Source: a virus (Duplodnaviria > Caudoviricetes). Taken from it: a DNA stretch of 64,000 nt. The first letter of the stretch is position 1; each line of letters begins with the position of its first letter. Location: positions 8,255 to 72,254 of the IMG/VR virus record IMGVR_UViG_3300021311_000141; one strand, written 5' to 3'. Under the pieces are notes generated by a model that made no database searches, was not told where the DNA came from, and saw nothing but the letters and a program-made list of their open reading frames with translations. Positions 16,241 through 26,479 of this stretch are shown piece by piece. A program made the position numbers and the translations under genes.

Positions 16241-17662
16241 CTATCCGTCCCTGTACGAAAGTTCAATGACCGTGGCGTCCATGTCAATGCTGACCATCTG
16301 GTAAATGAGATCCGCCTTGGGCTGCCCCTGTATGGTGGCCTCGAACCATGCCCCGGAATCCTTTTCAAAGTAACCTGTGGAATAGACAGCCTCATAGACC
16401 TCGTGCAAGAGCACCACGTCCCGCCGTGTGGGTGATGTCTTGCCGTAGGCGGCATCCAGCGCGTTTACGATGGCTGACTTTACTTCCGACAGGACGCAAT
16501 CTTTCAGCACCTTCCCGGTAATATTCAGGGAAAATTCAATATGCTCCGGCTCGTACCATTGGAAATTGCGGCACATGAACGGAACATCGCGTATCGCCTG
16601 CATGGCAACGTCTTTGATGTCGCGCTTTGGAGAATAGGCGCATATCCATATTTTGTTGATATGGTTTATGTCGTATCCCCACATTTTTTCGGCTTCTTCC
16701 TCGCCCCAGGCAACAGCAAATACAATTTCAGGGAAACGTCGCCGCAGGAAATACTTGTAGTCATTGTCCCATACAAGACGCTCATTATACACAGGCGCAT
16801 AGTGCAGATCGCGCCGCATCTCTTCCGTGTCTTCCTGATTGACGCCGTTTTGGATGGTCTGCGACACCGCAATTTGCGCTGCGGCAATCTGGCCCATATC
16901 ATCCGTGATTTCATCAACGGGATAAAGCGTCTGTTTTTCCAGCAGCACCACATTCCCGTCAGTGAGCACGACATCCACGCGCACCTTGGAGCCTGCTGCG
17001 GGTATCTTGCCGAAGTCGCCGTTGCCGAAACGTATGCCTATCTGGTCGGTGAAATGGTAGAACTCGTCAAACACCAGAGAATCGGAGTAGGAATTGGTCA
17101 GCAGCCGGTCATAGTTCCACTCGACGTAGTTCTCCCCGTCTTCGGCCACGAATACCCGAAAAGACACCACATGGCGCGAGATGTCACGCCCCAGGAGCAG
17201 TTCATAGAACGGCGTGGCCGCGTCGATGGCAAATTCCAGAGTTTCCCTGCTGCGTTGTTCCACCGGCGCGTCCACGCTGCCGCCGGCGGGGACGGTTATG
17301 GTGTCGGTCAGCGTGAACACAACCTGCGCGTCCGACATAAACTCGCGCTCGCGCACCAGAGTAAAGGGATATTCTCCCTGATTTGTCACCGTGACCCGTC
17401 CCGCAGCCGGAATGGGCTTACGGGGCATATATTCCATGCCTTCGCCGTGCGCGAGGATGGAGGAACGGTTCAGCGCGGTGTCAATGAATGCCTCATGCCT
17501 GGCACGCTCGACTTTATTGGCGGCATCTTCAATGGCCCATCCAATGAAGATGGCAAGATGCTTGACGAATTGCGAGCCAGTGAGGTCTTTCCATGAATCC
17601 ATGCCGGCGAGTTCTGTTTTCAATCTCTCGAAAGCCGCATCGGAAAGTATCATTGCGCGCAC
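16241..17662 (-). CDS. bplA: Baseplate J-like protein BplA
   Basis: GSQFVKHL..FIDTALNRSSILA..GIRFGNGDFG..VWDNDYKYFL..AWGEEE..INKIWI. Confidence 0.85.
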   Translation of the reverse strand: MRAMILSDAAFERLKTELAGMDSWKDLTGSQFVKHLAIFIGWAIEDAANKVERARHEAFIDTALNRSSILAHGEGMEYMPRKPIPAAGRVTVTNQGEYPFTLVREREFMSDAQVVFTLTDTITVPAGGSVDAPVEQRSRETLEFAIDAATPFYELLLGRDISRHVVSFRVFVAEDGENYVEWNYDRLLTNSYSDSLVFDEFYHFTDQIGIRFGNGDFGKIPAAGSKVRVDVVLTDGNVVLLEKQTLYPVDEITDDMGQIAAAQIAVSQTIQNGVNQEDTEEMRRDLHYAPVYNERLVWDNDYKYFLRRRFPEIVFAVAWGEEEAEKMWGYDINHINKIWICAYSPKRDIKDVAMQAIRDVPFMCRNFQWYEPEHIEFSLNITGKVLKDCVLSEVKSAIVNALDAAYGKTSPTRRDVVLLHEVYEAVYSTGYFEKDSGAWFEATIQGQPKADLIYQMVSIDMDATVIELSYRDG

Positions 17663-17664
17663 CC

Positions 17665-18018
17665 CTAGAGCTTGATTTGCAGGTTTTCCTGTCCGTACTG
17701 GTGGACAATGACCACATGCGCAAGGTCAATGTCCCTGACTTCCACATTGACGGCAACAAGCCGCAGGTCGTCTATGTCCAGGGGCATCTTCCGCGAAAGA
17801 GCAAGTTCAATCTGCACTTCAAGGCCGTTTCCTTCCGACAGCGGATCGTGCTTGAACCTGGACAGGTTGTGCCCCCAGGACGGATTGTTGGCGACCGTGC
17901 CTTCCGGGGTGGCCAGCCATTCTTGAATCCGCTCTGACATGGCGTTGCCTTCCAGCGTCCGGGCCATGTCCGACGCGGGCGCGGAACGCATCCGCCAGCT
18001 TGCTTCCTCAAATGCCAT
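17665..18018 (-). CDS. pmgA: PmgA, gp25-like baseplate wedge protein
   Basis: EWLATPEGTVANNPSWGHNL..FKHDP; synteny sit-pmgA-bplA. Confidence 0.8.
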   Translation of the reverse strand: MAFEEASWRMRSAPASDMARTLEGNAMSERIQEWLATPEGTVANNPSWGHNLSRFKHDPLSEGNGLEVQIELALSRKMPLDIDDLRLVAVNVEVRDIDLAHVVIVHQYGQENLQIKL

Positions 18019-18030
18019 GTCATCGCCTCG

Positions 18031-21000
18031 CTATGCCGCGTCCTTGGCCATGCCCTGCGCCGCAGGATCATCGTACTCCGTGCTGATGGAGGGCATTCCG
18101 TCACCCCCGCTTCCCTTCGCCATCGCGGCGGCCCGACGCCCGTTTGCCTCAATGGCTGTCAGGATTTTGCCCAACATCGCTAGAAGCGCGGAATTGTCGC
18201 CGCCTCCGCCCGGTTTTGCATCACGTTCAGGGTCAATGACGCGCACGGATTCAACCCGCTCCGGCTTTCTCGTTGAAGCGGCACTCGCCGCCGCTGGTAT
18301 CGCTGCTGCTTGCGGCGTCTGTGGCGAAAGGGCTGGTTGGGCCGAAATAGCAGGCCGAGCAGTAGCGGGCCGTGCTTTGTCTTCGGCGGCGGCCACGGGC
18401 TGCGGTGTCATTTGAGGTTTGGGTACCCCGCTGGGGCCGGCGCTATTTGATACTGGATGCGGTTGGGAACCCTCGGCCACTGCGGTAGAAAGTGCTGCAG
18501 GCGTCCCAGGCATATATAGCTTTCGCTCGGCATCGCTGATGTATGCGGAGCCTTTACGTTTCCCACTATTCAGTGCAGCTCGGTCTTGCTGCATGGCCAC
18601 TGTTTTTCTGTCCAGGGCCTCAATATGCCAGTTTTCTGGATTTTTGGCATTTAAGAGTGGCCGATACAGGCCATATTTTTCAAGTTGCTTACCAAAATCC
18701 AATCCCTTGCTACGGTAAATAGCTTCCAAACGCTTAATATTTTGACCGCCTGATCGAACTCCGCCAGCCTTGATGTCAAAGGCAACGCCTGTCCCGTGGT
18801 TTGATTTTCCAGGCGTCGCGGCAAGTCCTGCGCCAAGTTTGTTACGAAGGCGTACTTGTTCGTCGTAGCTGCGATAGCCTTCTGAAATGATTAGTTTCTC
18901 GCCTGTAATCTGCTCATGCTCTTGGGCGAAGGCTGCCATGCGGGCCGCTGTTTCAGGATCCATGTCCTTGATATTGACGTTTCCACTGTCATAACCAATG
19001 GACTGCAATCCCTTGAGCGTAGATAAATCAATGGAACCGTCTTCTTTGAGCTTCACGCCCGTCTGTGCAGCGATAGATGGGACATTGCCGTTTTGCGCTG
19101 CGGCAGCCACAGATGGGGAAACGTCGGCCAGCTTCATCCGCACCGCTTCGGGAATATCAAGTTCTCGCATACCCAATGCGGCTTCTATACCCTTTTGATA
19201 TTGTTCATCTGTATAAGGGTCTACAGAGTTTTCACGCCTCACAATGGCATGGGCAAGCGCCGTGAGCACTTTAGGATCTTTCATGTCCAGCTTGGCGTTG
19301 CGATCCACACCGAGCTTCTGCTCCACAAATTTTTTGTAGCCTTCGGTATCGTTTTCGTTCGGAGGCGCCCAGCGGTCGATAATGCCGTTGATGGTATCAA
19401 GACCATGCTTGCTCTTGTAACTCATCAAATTGCGGCCAAGGGCGCGCAGTCCATGTTCCGGCGTGATGAAGGTAGCATGGCGGCTTTCGTTCGGATTATT
19501 GATCTCGCCTACCCACCGTTCTCCTTTGAGACGGTCAATATTCCCTGGGTTGTTATTGCGGATGCCGCGCTTTTCCTTACCCTGTTCCGGCACAAACATT
19601 GGTTGCGCGTCTGCCTTGACCATTTGCGATTGTGTGGGCAGATTTCCATAAAAATTCGGATCCGGAGCGCCCCCCTCGTTATAGGTGCCGCGCATATACC
19701 CTTGCCCGCCCCTCTGAACATCCTGCACCGCTGACTTGAAATCTGCGACTGCCGCAGAAAAACCCAGATTATCCCCAAACAACTGGGCCTGCCGTTCTTC
19801 ATCCATAAGGCGGGTTTGCTCTTTGACGGCTGCCGTCAGGGCTTCCATATTCTCATTGAGTTTCTCCTGCGCGTCATTGGCTTCGCGCACCATATGGACT
19901 TGCTCCAATGGCAATGCTGGGGCAGGGGGCATGGCCGGAGCCGGGGGAACAGAAAACGTGGGCTGTATGGGAACGGATGTCGGAGGCAACGCCTCCTTCT
20001 GCGATGCCGGCAGTATGGCCTGCTGTGCGGCTTGCGGCTGTTGTGCCGCCTGGGCCATGTCCTGCTGCCGCCGCTGTGCTTCTTCTATGACACGCTGGCG
20101 CTCTTGCGGATTTTTGGGCAACTCGTCCGCATGGGCCTCGGATGGGCCAAGCCGCCCCCACAGCTTGCCGCCAAGCCCCTTGGCGCCCTCCCATGCGGAA
20201 GATGCGAAATTCTTTGTGCCCTCCCAGGCCGAATGAGCTTTTTCCCTAGCCCATTCCAGCCCGGAAGAAAACAACTGCCCGCCTTTTTCTGCGGCATTGG
20301 CGGCAAAATCCTTGATTTTCCCAGGCAATTCAGTCGCGCTTTTCCATAGCCCTGAAAGCATCTCTCCGGCCCCGGAGATGGCGCTTGACGCGAAATTGCC
20401 CAGCTTCCCCCAGATGTCGCCGATGAATGCCTTGCCCCCCTCCCACAGGCCGGAGAGCATCCCCATGCCGCTTTCGAGGGTGCCCGCGGCAAAGTCCGCC
20501 AGCTTCCCGCCTATGTTTTTGGCGCCTTCCCAGACTTGGGAACCAAGATTCTGTATGCCCGTCCAGACTTCAGGCAGCAGCCTGTCAAATTCCTGCTTGA
20601 AATTTCCGGCAATCGTGGCGATGTCCGAGCCGAACTGGTAGAGCCCCTGCGCAACGCCCGCCTTGTCGAACTCAATGCCGAACAGCCCCAGCAGGCCGCT
20701 TGTCAGCCCACCCATGTCGAGGATGCTTGCCCCTGCCGCGGCGGCCTTCTGCCCCGTGGTGGCTTCCTGCCCCTCTTTCAGGCCGAAGGCCTCCCGATGC
20801 AAGTCCTTGTCGTTCCAGCCCTGAAAACCGTCGTATGCGGCCATGCCAAGGGCAAGAACCTGTCCGATGCCGGGCAACGCCCGCAACAGTCCTCCGGCGG
20901 CCTTGCCGCCCATGGCCAGAACACCCGACGCGGCCCGCCCGGCTCCGGCAGCGGCGCGCCCCATGCCGCCGCCGACAGCGGCCAGCCCGCCAAGCAGCCC

Positions 21001-22197
21001 CTTCCGCCCAGCAGCCCGCGCCCCGGCCCGACCGCCGCCGCGGCGAGGGTCGATCTCTGCCGCAACAGAGCGTCCCCGACTTCCGGGCCTGCGCCTGCCG
21101 TCAACACCTATGTCAACGTCACGCCCGCCGCCGCGCCGCCGTCGCTCCACGTCCACGGCAGAGCCTCGGCCTCTGGGCCCCTCGCGTATGATGCGGTCAC
21201 GCCCTCTGCGCCCCAGCATCCGGGCATCCATGAAACGGTCAAGCAGGCCCCTGTGGTTGGCCTTGACGGCCCTGACAAGCTCTTTGTGGCGTTTCGCGTC
21301 GGCCTTGGCCTCCCGTTCCTCAAGAGCAAGTTCCGCCTGGGCAACTTCAATCTGGGCTGTTTCGCGTCGCGCTGAATCCTGATCCGGCTTATACCGCCCC
21401 TTGTCGTCCCGCTCCCTCCCGCCGTCAGCCTTTACCGCGCGGGCTATGTCGCGCGCTTCTTCCTTGCGGGCCTTGCGTTCATCCATCGCATTTCTGACGG
21501 AATCCGGCATGGCTTCCTTGAGCTCTTTGGCAACGCTGTATAACGGGCCGCCCAAGGCCAGCCCAGCGGCGTCCTTGAGATCGCTGTTCTCCGTGACCGC
21601 TTCCTTGCCCGTGGAAAGAAGACCGCGCAGCTTGCCCAGCCCGGACATGACAGCATCCGCGACCAGCCCTCCCTGGCGTTCCGCAGATCGTTCCGCATTT
21701 CTTTCCGCCCGCGCCTCGCTGCCGGCGCGTTGGGAGAGCGTTGGCCCTGCGGCGGCCTGACCGGAAACGAAACGGCCCCGGTCATCCCTGCGGCGAATTG
21801 GCGCGGATCCATGCCCCCCAGGTCTTTCGGTCGCAGTGGCGGCGATATTGTGCGCCATTGACGAGGTTGCCCGCGTTGTTGCAGGGGGCATCTGGTTCCG
21901 CCCGGCATTCCCGACCCGCCCAGGAGTGAACTCGCGTCGCCCCGTTCTGGCAATCGGGCCTGCCGTGCGCTCGGCCTCCCCCCGTCCCGGTCTTGCGATC
22001 GTCGCCATGACGACAGAGCCGTTCCCCCTGCCGGCAATCCCCCGGCGGGTGTTTGCCGCAATTTCGTCCAGATCCGCCGCCATGCGCTCCCAAAGGCCCA
22101 TGGCCCGCGGCGTCAATCCGTCACGGGCATCCCGTCTGTCCAGGGACAGGCTGCGCTCGAAAATGGAGGAAAGAAGATTCCGGGTATCTGCCATCAC
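18031..22197 (-). CDS. sit: Tape measure protein (Sit-like) with RNNNPGN lysozyme-like domain and M15/VanY-like peptidase domain
   Basis: 1388 aa, Gly/Ala-rich helical repeats; RGIRNNNPGNI (~19540-19570); SEGYRSYDEQ..SNHGTGVAFD..ENWHIE (~18610-18900). Confidence 0.85.
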   Translation of the reverse strand: MMADTRNLLSSIFERSLSLDRRDARDGLTPRAMGLWERMAADLDEIAANTRRGIAGRGNGSVVMATIARPGRGEAERTAGPIARTGRREFTPGRVGNAGRNQMPPATTRATSSMAHNIAATATERPGGHGSAPIRRRDDRGRFVSGQAAAGPTLSQRAGSEARAERNAERSAERQGGLVADAVMSGLGKLRGLLSTGKEAVTENSDLKDAAGLALGGPLYSVAKELKEAMPDSVRNAMDERKARKEEARDIARAVKADGGRERDDKGRYKPDQDSARRETAQIEVAQAELALEEREAKADAKRHKELVRAVKANHRGLLDRFMDARMLGRRGRDRIIREGPRGRGSAVDVERRRRGGGRDVDIGVDGRRRPGSRGRSVAAEIDPRRGGGRAGARAAGRKGLLGGLAAVGGGMGRAAAGAGRAASGVLAMGGKAAGGLLRALPGIGQVLALGMAAYDGFQGWNDKDLHREAFGLKEGQEATTGQKAAAAGASILDMGGLTSGLLGLFGIEFDKAGVAQGLYQFGSDIATIAGNFKQEFDRLLPEVWTGIQNLGSQVWEGAKNIGGKLADFAAGTLESGMGMLSGLWEGGKAFIGDIWGKLGNFASSAISGAGEMLSGLWKSATELPGKIKDFAANAAEKGGQLFSSGLEWAREKAHSAWEGTKNFASSAWEGAKGLGGKLWGRLGPSEAHADELPKNPQERQRVIEEAQRRQQDMAQAAQQPQAAQQAILPASQKEALPPTSVPIQPTFSVPPAPAMPPAPALPLEQVHMVREANDAQEKLNENMEALTAAVKEQTRLMDEERQAQLFGDNLGFSAAVADFKSAVQDVQRGGQGYMRGTYNEGGAPDPNFYGNLPTQSQMVKADAQPMFVPEQGKEKRGIRNNNPGNIDRLKGERWVGEINNPNESRHATFITPEHGLRALGRNLMSYKSKHGLDTINGIIDRWAPPNENDTEGYKKFVEQKLGVDRNAKLDMKDPKVLTALAHAIVRRENSVDPYTDEQYQKGIEAALGMRELDIPEAVRMKLADVSPSVAAAAQNGNVPSIAAQTGVKLKEDGSIDLSTLKGLQSIGYDSGNVNIKDMDPETAARMAAFAQEHEQITGEKLIISEGYRSYDEQVRLRNKLGAGLAATPGKSNHGTGVAFDIKAGGVRSGGQNIKRLEAIYRSKGLDFGKQLEKYGLYRPLLNAKNPENWHIEALDRKTVAMQQDRAALNSGKRKGSAYISDAERKLYMPGTPAALSTAVAEGSQPHPVSNSAGPSGVPKPQMTPQPVAAAEDKARPATARPAISAQPALSPQTPQAAAIPAAASAASTRKPERVESVRVIDPERDAKPGGGGDNSALLAMLGKILTAIEANGRRAAAMAKGSGGDGMPSISTEYDDPAAQGMAKDAA

Positions 22198-22379
22198 TTG
22201 CGACCCTTGCGCAGTTTTGCAAGCGTCTTCGCTTTATTCACAGCCCCCACGTTGAGCTTGGCCACACGGGTCACGGGGCTTTTCAGGATGCCGTCCATGT
22301 TCTGCCCCTCATAGAGGCACAGATTTTCGATGATGATGTTCCAGCCGTTTTCGTCAAATGGTAGGAACGACCTGGCCAA
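22194..22379 (-). CDS. Small tail assembly chaperone-like ORF overlapping pmgB
   Basis: FDENGWNIIIENLCL; ATGA-coupled to the tape measure gene; only a TTG start. Confidence 0.55.
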   Translation of the reverse strand: MARSFLPFDENGWNIIIENLCLYEGQNMDGILKSPVTRVAKLNVGAVNKAKTLAKLRKGRK

Positions 22380-23187
22380 ACCGAAACGGATACCGCAGGA
22401 GCACCCCCGGCAGCTCCGGGTGTTCGTCGCAGCGAACGTCGGGGATAAGCAGCACGATGCGCCCGTTCACATATTCCGTGCTCAAGCCGTGCCGCATCTC
22501 GACAAGGGCGTTTTCAACGCGCCCCATGAACTCCCGAAATTCCCCTGCGGGCATGGCCTTGATCTTGGTTTCCACCGCTCCGCGCCGACTGCGCGGCGTC
22601 CCCTGTTCGTCCAGATATGGCATGTCGATGCAGCAGATGACACGCAGCATGGCCATGCGGACGCGCTTGGCCCGCAGATCGGCTTCCAGGCGCTTGATGT
22701 CCGCGCTGGGCAAGTTGTCGCGGTTCTTCTCCAAGAGTTGTTCTGTCAGCAGCAGGTCGTAGCGGTACTTTTCGATGTCCTCCAGGTCTGCACCCGTCAG
22801 AGGATGAATGACAACATTGTGGCCGTCATGCGGGAAGTCGCGGAACGGAGAGCCGTCCATGGGGGTGTAGTTTTCAAGGATGGACGCAAGTGAAATATCT
22901 TGGGTGTGCTGCTTTCCGCATATTGAGCAGGTGTACGTCAGGGGGATGGTCTTGTAGTCCGAGGTATGCACATAGTACATGAACAGCGCGTAACGCCTGT
23001 CCTCGCCCGTCCACGCCCGCGGGTCGGAGTAGGTTTCCTTTTCCTGCACCTTTTCAAGAAAAAGCGATGTGGCCTCTTCCTCACAGTCCGGGTCTATGGA
23101 GGAAAAATCAATAGCCTCGGCAACCGTGGCCTCGCGCAGACGCACCTTGATTTCAGGGTTAGAGGGAAGATTGAACTCGCACAGCAT
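22354..23187 (-). CDS. pmgB: PmgB-like tail assembly chaperone
   Basis: FNLPSNP..REATVAEAIDF..WTGEDRRYAL..YTCSICGKQH. Confidence 0.8.
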   Translation of the reverse strand: MLCEFNLPSNPEIKVRLREATVAEAIDFSSIDPDCEEEATSLFLEKVQEKETYSDPRAWTGEDRRYALFMYYVHTSDYKTIPLTYTCSICGKQHTQDISLASILENYTPMDGSPFRDFPHDGHNVVIHPLTGADLEDIEKYRYDLLLTEQLLEKNRDNLPSADIKRLEADLRAKRVRMAMLRVICCIDMPYLDEQGTPRSRRGAVETKIKAMPAGEFREFMGRVENALVEMRHGLSTEYVNGRIVLLIPDVRCDEHPELPGVLLRYPFRFGQVVPTI

Positions 23188-23229
23188 GGCATCCTCACTT
23201 TGTTGGCCCCTGCGGCAGGTCGGGGCGGG

Positions 23230-23916
23230 TTACATGATTGTGGAGAACTGCACCAGCGTCACGGGAATTTCGAGAAACTGCCCGTTCTCCCGCGAGCGCG
23301 ACAATTCGCCAACCTGAATGGGGTACACGTTCATGCCGTAGGACGGCGTTTCGTTGCCTTCAACGTCGATATTGTAAATCCTTGCCGCCCTGACATAGCC
23401 CTTGGGGCCAAGCGGGAGCCCCACAGTGCCGTTGTTGCTGATAACGCTTCCCCACCATGTGCTGAAATACACGGAATTGCGGCCGTCAATGTTGTCCCGC
23501 ATGGTGAAGGAAATGCGTAACGGCTGGTCGCCTGTCGGCCATGAGGCGCTTGCCGCGCCGTAGCGTTCTTCGTCCGTGGCAATGTCAAAGTGGGAATAGG
23601 TGATGTCTTTAACGTAAAAATCAAAGTCTTCCGGCGCGCCCTCAATTTCCAGACGGAAATTCCATTCCCCCTGGAAGTCCGTATGGACAAGCTGATGGTT
23701 GATGTGGCGCAGCCGGTTGAAATCTTCCGCGGGGTTGGCAATGGTGAGCAGCCCGCCGGGAATCTGCGACAAAACGGAATCAAGAGCGTTGCGCACCCTG
23801 CCCACAACATAGCCTTCGGCCCTGCGCACCACGGTGCGGGCCGCGCCGCTCGCAATCTGCTTTGCTGTGGCGCCCAAGGCGCTGCCGGAGCGAATTGCAT
23901 ATTCGCCGATTGCCAT
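23230..23916 (-). CDS. tub: Tub-like tube-fold baseplate/tail tube initiator protein
   Basis: WNFRLEIEG..DFYVKDITY..ISFTMRD..GTVGLP..YPIQVGE; ATG 23916 with GGGG RBS. Confidence 0.75.
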   Translation of the reverse strand: MAIGEYAIRSGSALGATAKQIASGAARTVVRRAEGYVVGRVRNALDSVLSQIPGGLLTIANPAEDFNRLRHINHQLVHTDFQGEWNFRLEIEGAPEDFDFYVKDITYSHFDIATDEERYGAASASWPTGDQPLRISFTMRDNIDGRNSVYFSTWWGSVISNNGTVGLPLGPKGYVRAARIYNIDVEGNETPSYGMNVYPIQVGELSRSRENGQFLEIPVTLVQFSTIM

Positions 23917-23927
23917 ATTCCACCCCG

Positions 23928-24500
23928 TCAAAACATGGATGCCGGGGGCACGATGGCTTTGTTGTCCTCCATCGCCGCTTCCAGTTCGGCAACGCGCTGC
24001 CGCAGCTCCTGCTCAACAGGCAAGGTCTGGGCCGCCTCGGCCATGCCTGCCGTCAGATAGGCCTCGCGCTCCCGCTTGGTGTTCTGCAGGGCGATCAAGG
24101 CCTCAAGGTAGTCGCACAGCAGTGCGTCGCAGTCGCCAGGCAAGGGTTCATCCATGTCCCAGTTGCGGAGGTCGCAGAAAAAATAGAGGCAGTACGGCGC
24201 GGCGTGGCGCTTCCCGACATCCAGTTCGATAACCCTGACCGTTTCCCCGGCCTCATTTTCGGCTGTCCCGTACCTCCACGGGACATATCGGCGTCGCGTA
24301 TCACAGCACCCGGCAACCGTGTGGAAGTGCTGGGGGATTTTGAAGGCTGTTCCCTCTTGCCATGCCTCCAAAATCACCCCAGCCTTGTCCTGGTACTTGC
24401 CCAACGCCTGCCGAAGAAGCCGGGCAAGCGCGTCAGGATCATCGTGGTACAGCACCATGAAGCGCGACTTCGCATCTTCAAGAATTTCAGCCGGCGTCAT
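23928..24500 (-). CDS. P1-like morphogenesis protein (possible head-tail adaptor)
   Basis: MTPAEILEDAKSRF..LLRQALGKYQDKAG..LCDYLEALIA resembles a P1 late protein; exact gene name uncertain. Confidence 0.6.
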   Translation of the reverse strand: MTPAEILEDAKSRFMVLYHDDPDALARLLRQALGKYQDKAGVILEAWQEGTAFKIPQHFHTVAGCCDTRRRYVPWRYGTAENEAGETVRVIELDVGKRHAAPYCLYFFCDLRNWDMDEPLPGDCDALLCDYLEALIALQNTKREREAYLTAGMAEAAQTLPVEQELRQRVAELEAAMEDNKAIVPPASMF

Positions 24501-24513
24501 GGCTGGTCTCCCT

Positions 24514-25050
24514 TCAGATATTCAGGGAAAGGCCCTGGTTGCCGGAATCGTCATCAGCCCAGGAGCACCAGTTGGCATGGATGGTGCCTGACGGACGCAC
24601 CAGCGTCGCGCCGTCTTCCACGGACAGGTCAACGCCTTCCAGCTCGATCCAGCAGTCTTCCAGGCGCAGGGCTGTATGGGAATTGCCGTCCAGGAAAGAC
24701 TCTCCGGCGGTGGTGAGCTTGATGGTGATATAGCGTTTGTTGGCCACCAGGTCGCGGATAAACTGATAGGTATGCCCCTTGATGGTTTCCTTGAAGGTGA
24801 TGGGCACATCCTGGGCGTTCTTGAAACGCCCCTGCTGGTTGAACTGCACACCCTGCGGGCCGTAGCTTTCGATGTTTTCACGGAGCAGCGCGGGCAGTTG
24901 CGTGGACTGCACCAGAAAGCGCATGTCCGAGTTGCCTTCGAAGGTCATAATGAACTCATCAGACGCAACGCCTTCACCAAGCCCCAGCAGCTTTTTGTAG
25001 CCCTTCTTGATGACGGGCACATTGCCGTGAACGTCAGAGATATTCGCCAT
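24514..25050 (-). CDS. bplB: Tail tube protein (BplB-like)
   Basis: SDEFIMTFEG..QLPALLRENIESYGPQGVQFNQQG..ETIKG..VRPSGTIHANW. Confidence 0.8.
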   Translation of the reverse strand: MANISDVHGNVPVIKKGYKKLLGLGEGVASDEFIMTFEGNSDMRFLVQSTQLPALLRENIESYGPQGVQFNQQGRFKNAQDVPITFKETIKGHTYQFIRDLVANKRYITIKLTTAGESFLDGNSHTALRLEDCWIELEGVDLSVEDGATLVRPSGTIHANWCSWADDDSGNQGLSLNI

Positions 25051-25068
25051 TGTCTTTCATCCTTGACG

Positions 25069-25719
25069 CTAGTTGTTTTGTTGAAAGCCGGATTTTATGC
25101 CATACCCCTTTTTCAACATGTCCTTTGTGACCATCGTCATGGTGGACATGGAAAGATTAACGGTACAGCGCACAAAACGGCCTTTTGAGTCTGTTTCCTT
25201 GTCGAACGGCACTGAAATGCTGTTCAAGATAAGGAACTGGTAGATTACCTGCCGCCCTATATCCAGTTGCAGAGCCTTGGCTATCTGTCCGACGCCCCAA
25301 TACATGGCAACGTCCGGGGCTATGAACAGTTCCAAGGCCCGCAAGGGCTGCATGACTTCCTTGTCCGGGTCTTGCAGGGCGTAAAGCTGCAATTCCACGT
25401 TGAACTGCGTCGGGGAGTTGCCAAGCCACGTCTGGCGCGTGTTGATGGCCTTGATCATGGTCTTGCCGCCGGTGGCAATCTGGGCAACGCCGCCGGCGGC
25501 CGTCCCGATGGCCTTGCCGGGCGTGGCCTCTTCCAACGGCTGCTGCCAGTTGGATGTTATTTCCATGCTGGTGCCCGGCCCATAGACGCCGCAGACTGTC
25601 GTATCCCCGTCGCTGATCCAGCACTTGCGGGAATCGCTCAAGCGTTTGTCGGTGTTGCCGACGAGCTTGGCGTTCCCGTCAAGCTGCTGGTTTTGAATCT
25701 GGCGTTCCTCGTCCGCCAC
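25069..25719 (-). CDS. PmgG-like baseplate tube-fold protein
   Basis: [35 protein letters not shown]; synteny 23-22-21-pmgG-bplB. Confidence 0.6.
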   Translation of the reverse strand: MADEERQIQNQQLDGNAKLVGNTDKRLSDSRKCWISDGDTTVCGVYGPGTSMEITSNWQQPLEEATPGKAIGTAAGGVAQIATGGKTMIKAINTRQTWLGNSPTQFNVELQLYALQDPDKEVMQPLRALELFIAPDVAMYWGVGQIAKALQLDIGRQVIYQFLILNSISVPFDKETDSKGRFVRCTVNLSMSTMTMVTKDMLKKGYGIKSGFQQNN

Positions 25720-25722
25720 GGA

Positions 25723-26469
25723 CTACAGACCCCTGCGCTCGCGCAGCTTCATGGACTTGCGCCGATGGAGTTTGGCGGCGGCTGTGTTTGCCTTGCGGCG
25801 GGCCTTTCGCAGACCGGCCTTCTGCGCAGCAGAGAGCCGGATCTTGCCGGAAACGCGCTTGCGCACGATCTTCACCTTACCGTCACGCACCACCTTCTTG
25901 CGCTTATAGGTGGCCTCCAGCACGCCGTGCAGGGCTTCATCATAGGCGGCGTTTTCAAGGATGGCGTCTTCGCCAAGGGCGAACCCGGCGATGATGTCGG
26001 CATCCTCGGCCTCAACGCTCTCCATCTCCTTGGAGAGGGCGGCGCCGATGCGGGCGGCGGCTTCATCGGCCTTCTTGCCGGGGCCGTCCACAAGGGCCTG
26101 CACGTCATTGAACTCCGCGCCCAGGGTCAGCAGGGCGTCGCCTATCTGATCCCAGATGTCGCCGTATTCCTCCTCCTCGCCGTCGGAGAGCTCCCAGTCG
26201 CCGTCAATGTCTGCGGCGACTACCACCACTTCGTCGAGTGCGTTGTAGCTGTAGTCGCCTTCGTCCAGCCAGGTGAGCACGGAGCTCATGGCGCGGGAGC
26301 GGGCGGCCGTGATTGCGGCGTCGGAAACCGCGTCAGTCCCTTCGCCGTCGTCGCCTTTGTTGCCCTCGCTGCCAGCGGATTCCAGCACCATGCCGGCCTC
26401 GCTCATGCCCTTCCGCGTGACGGGGAACATGTAGTCATCAATGCCGGTGTCGAAGATATTGTTTCCCAT
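25723..26469 (-). CDS. P1 gp21-like protein, acidic core with very basic C-terminus
   Basis: RKKVVRDGKVKIVRKR..RLSAAQKAGLRKARRKANTAAAKLHRRKSMKLR. Confidence 0.7.
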   Translation of the reverse strand: MGNNIFDTGIDDYMFPVTRKGMSEAGMVLESAGSEGNKGDDGEGTDAVSDAAITAARSRAMSSVLTWLDEGDYSYNALDEVVVVAADIDGDWELSDGEEEEYGDIWDQIGDALLTLGAEFNDVQALVDGPGKKADEAAARIGAALSKEMESVEAEDADIIAGFALGEDAILENAAYDEALHGVLEATYKRKKVVRDGKVKIVRKRVSGKIRLSAAQKAGLRKARRKANTAAAKLHRRKSMKLRERRGL

Positions 26470-26479
26470 GAGGTCACTC

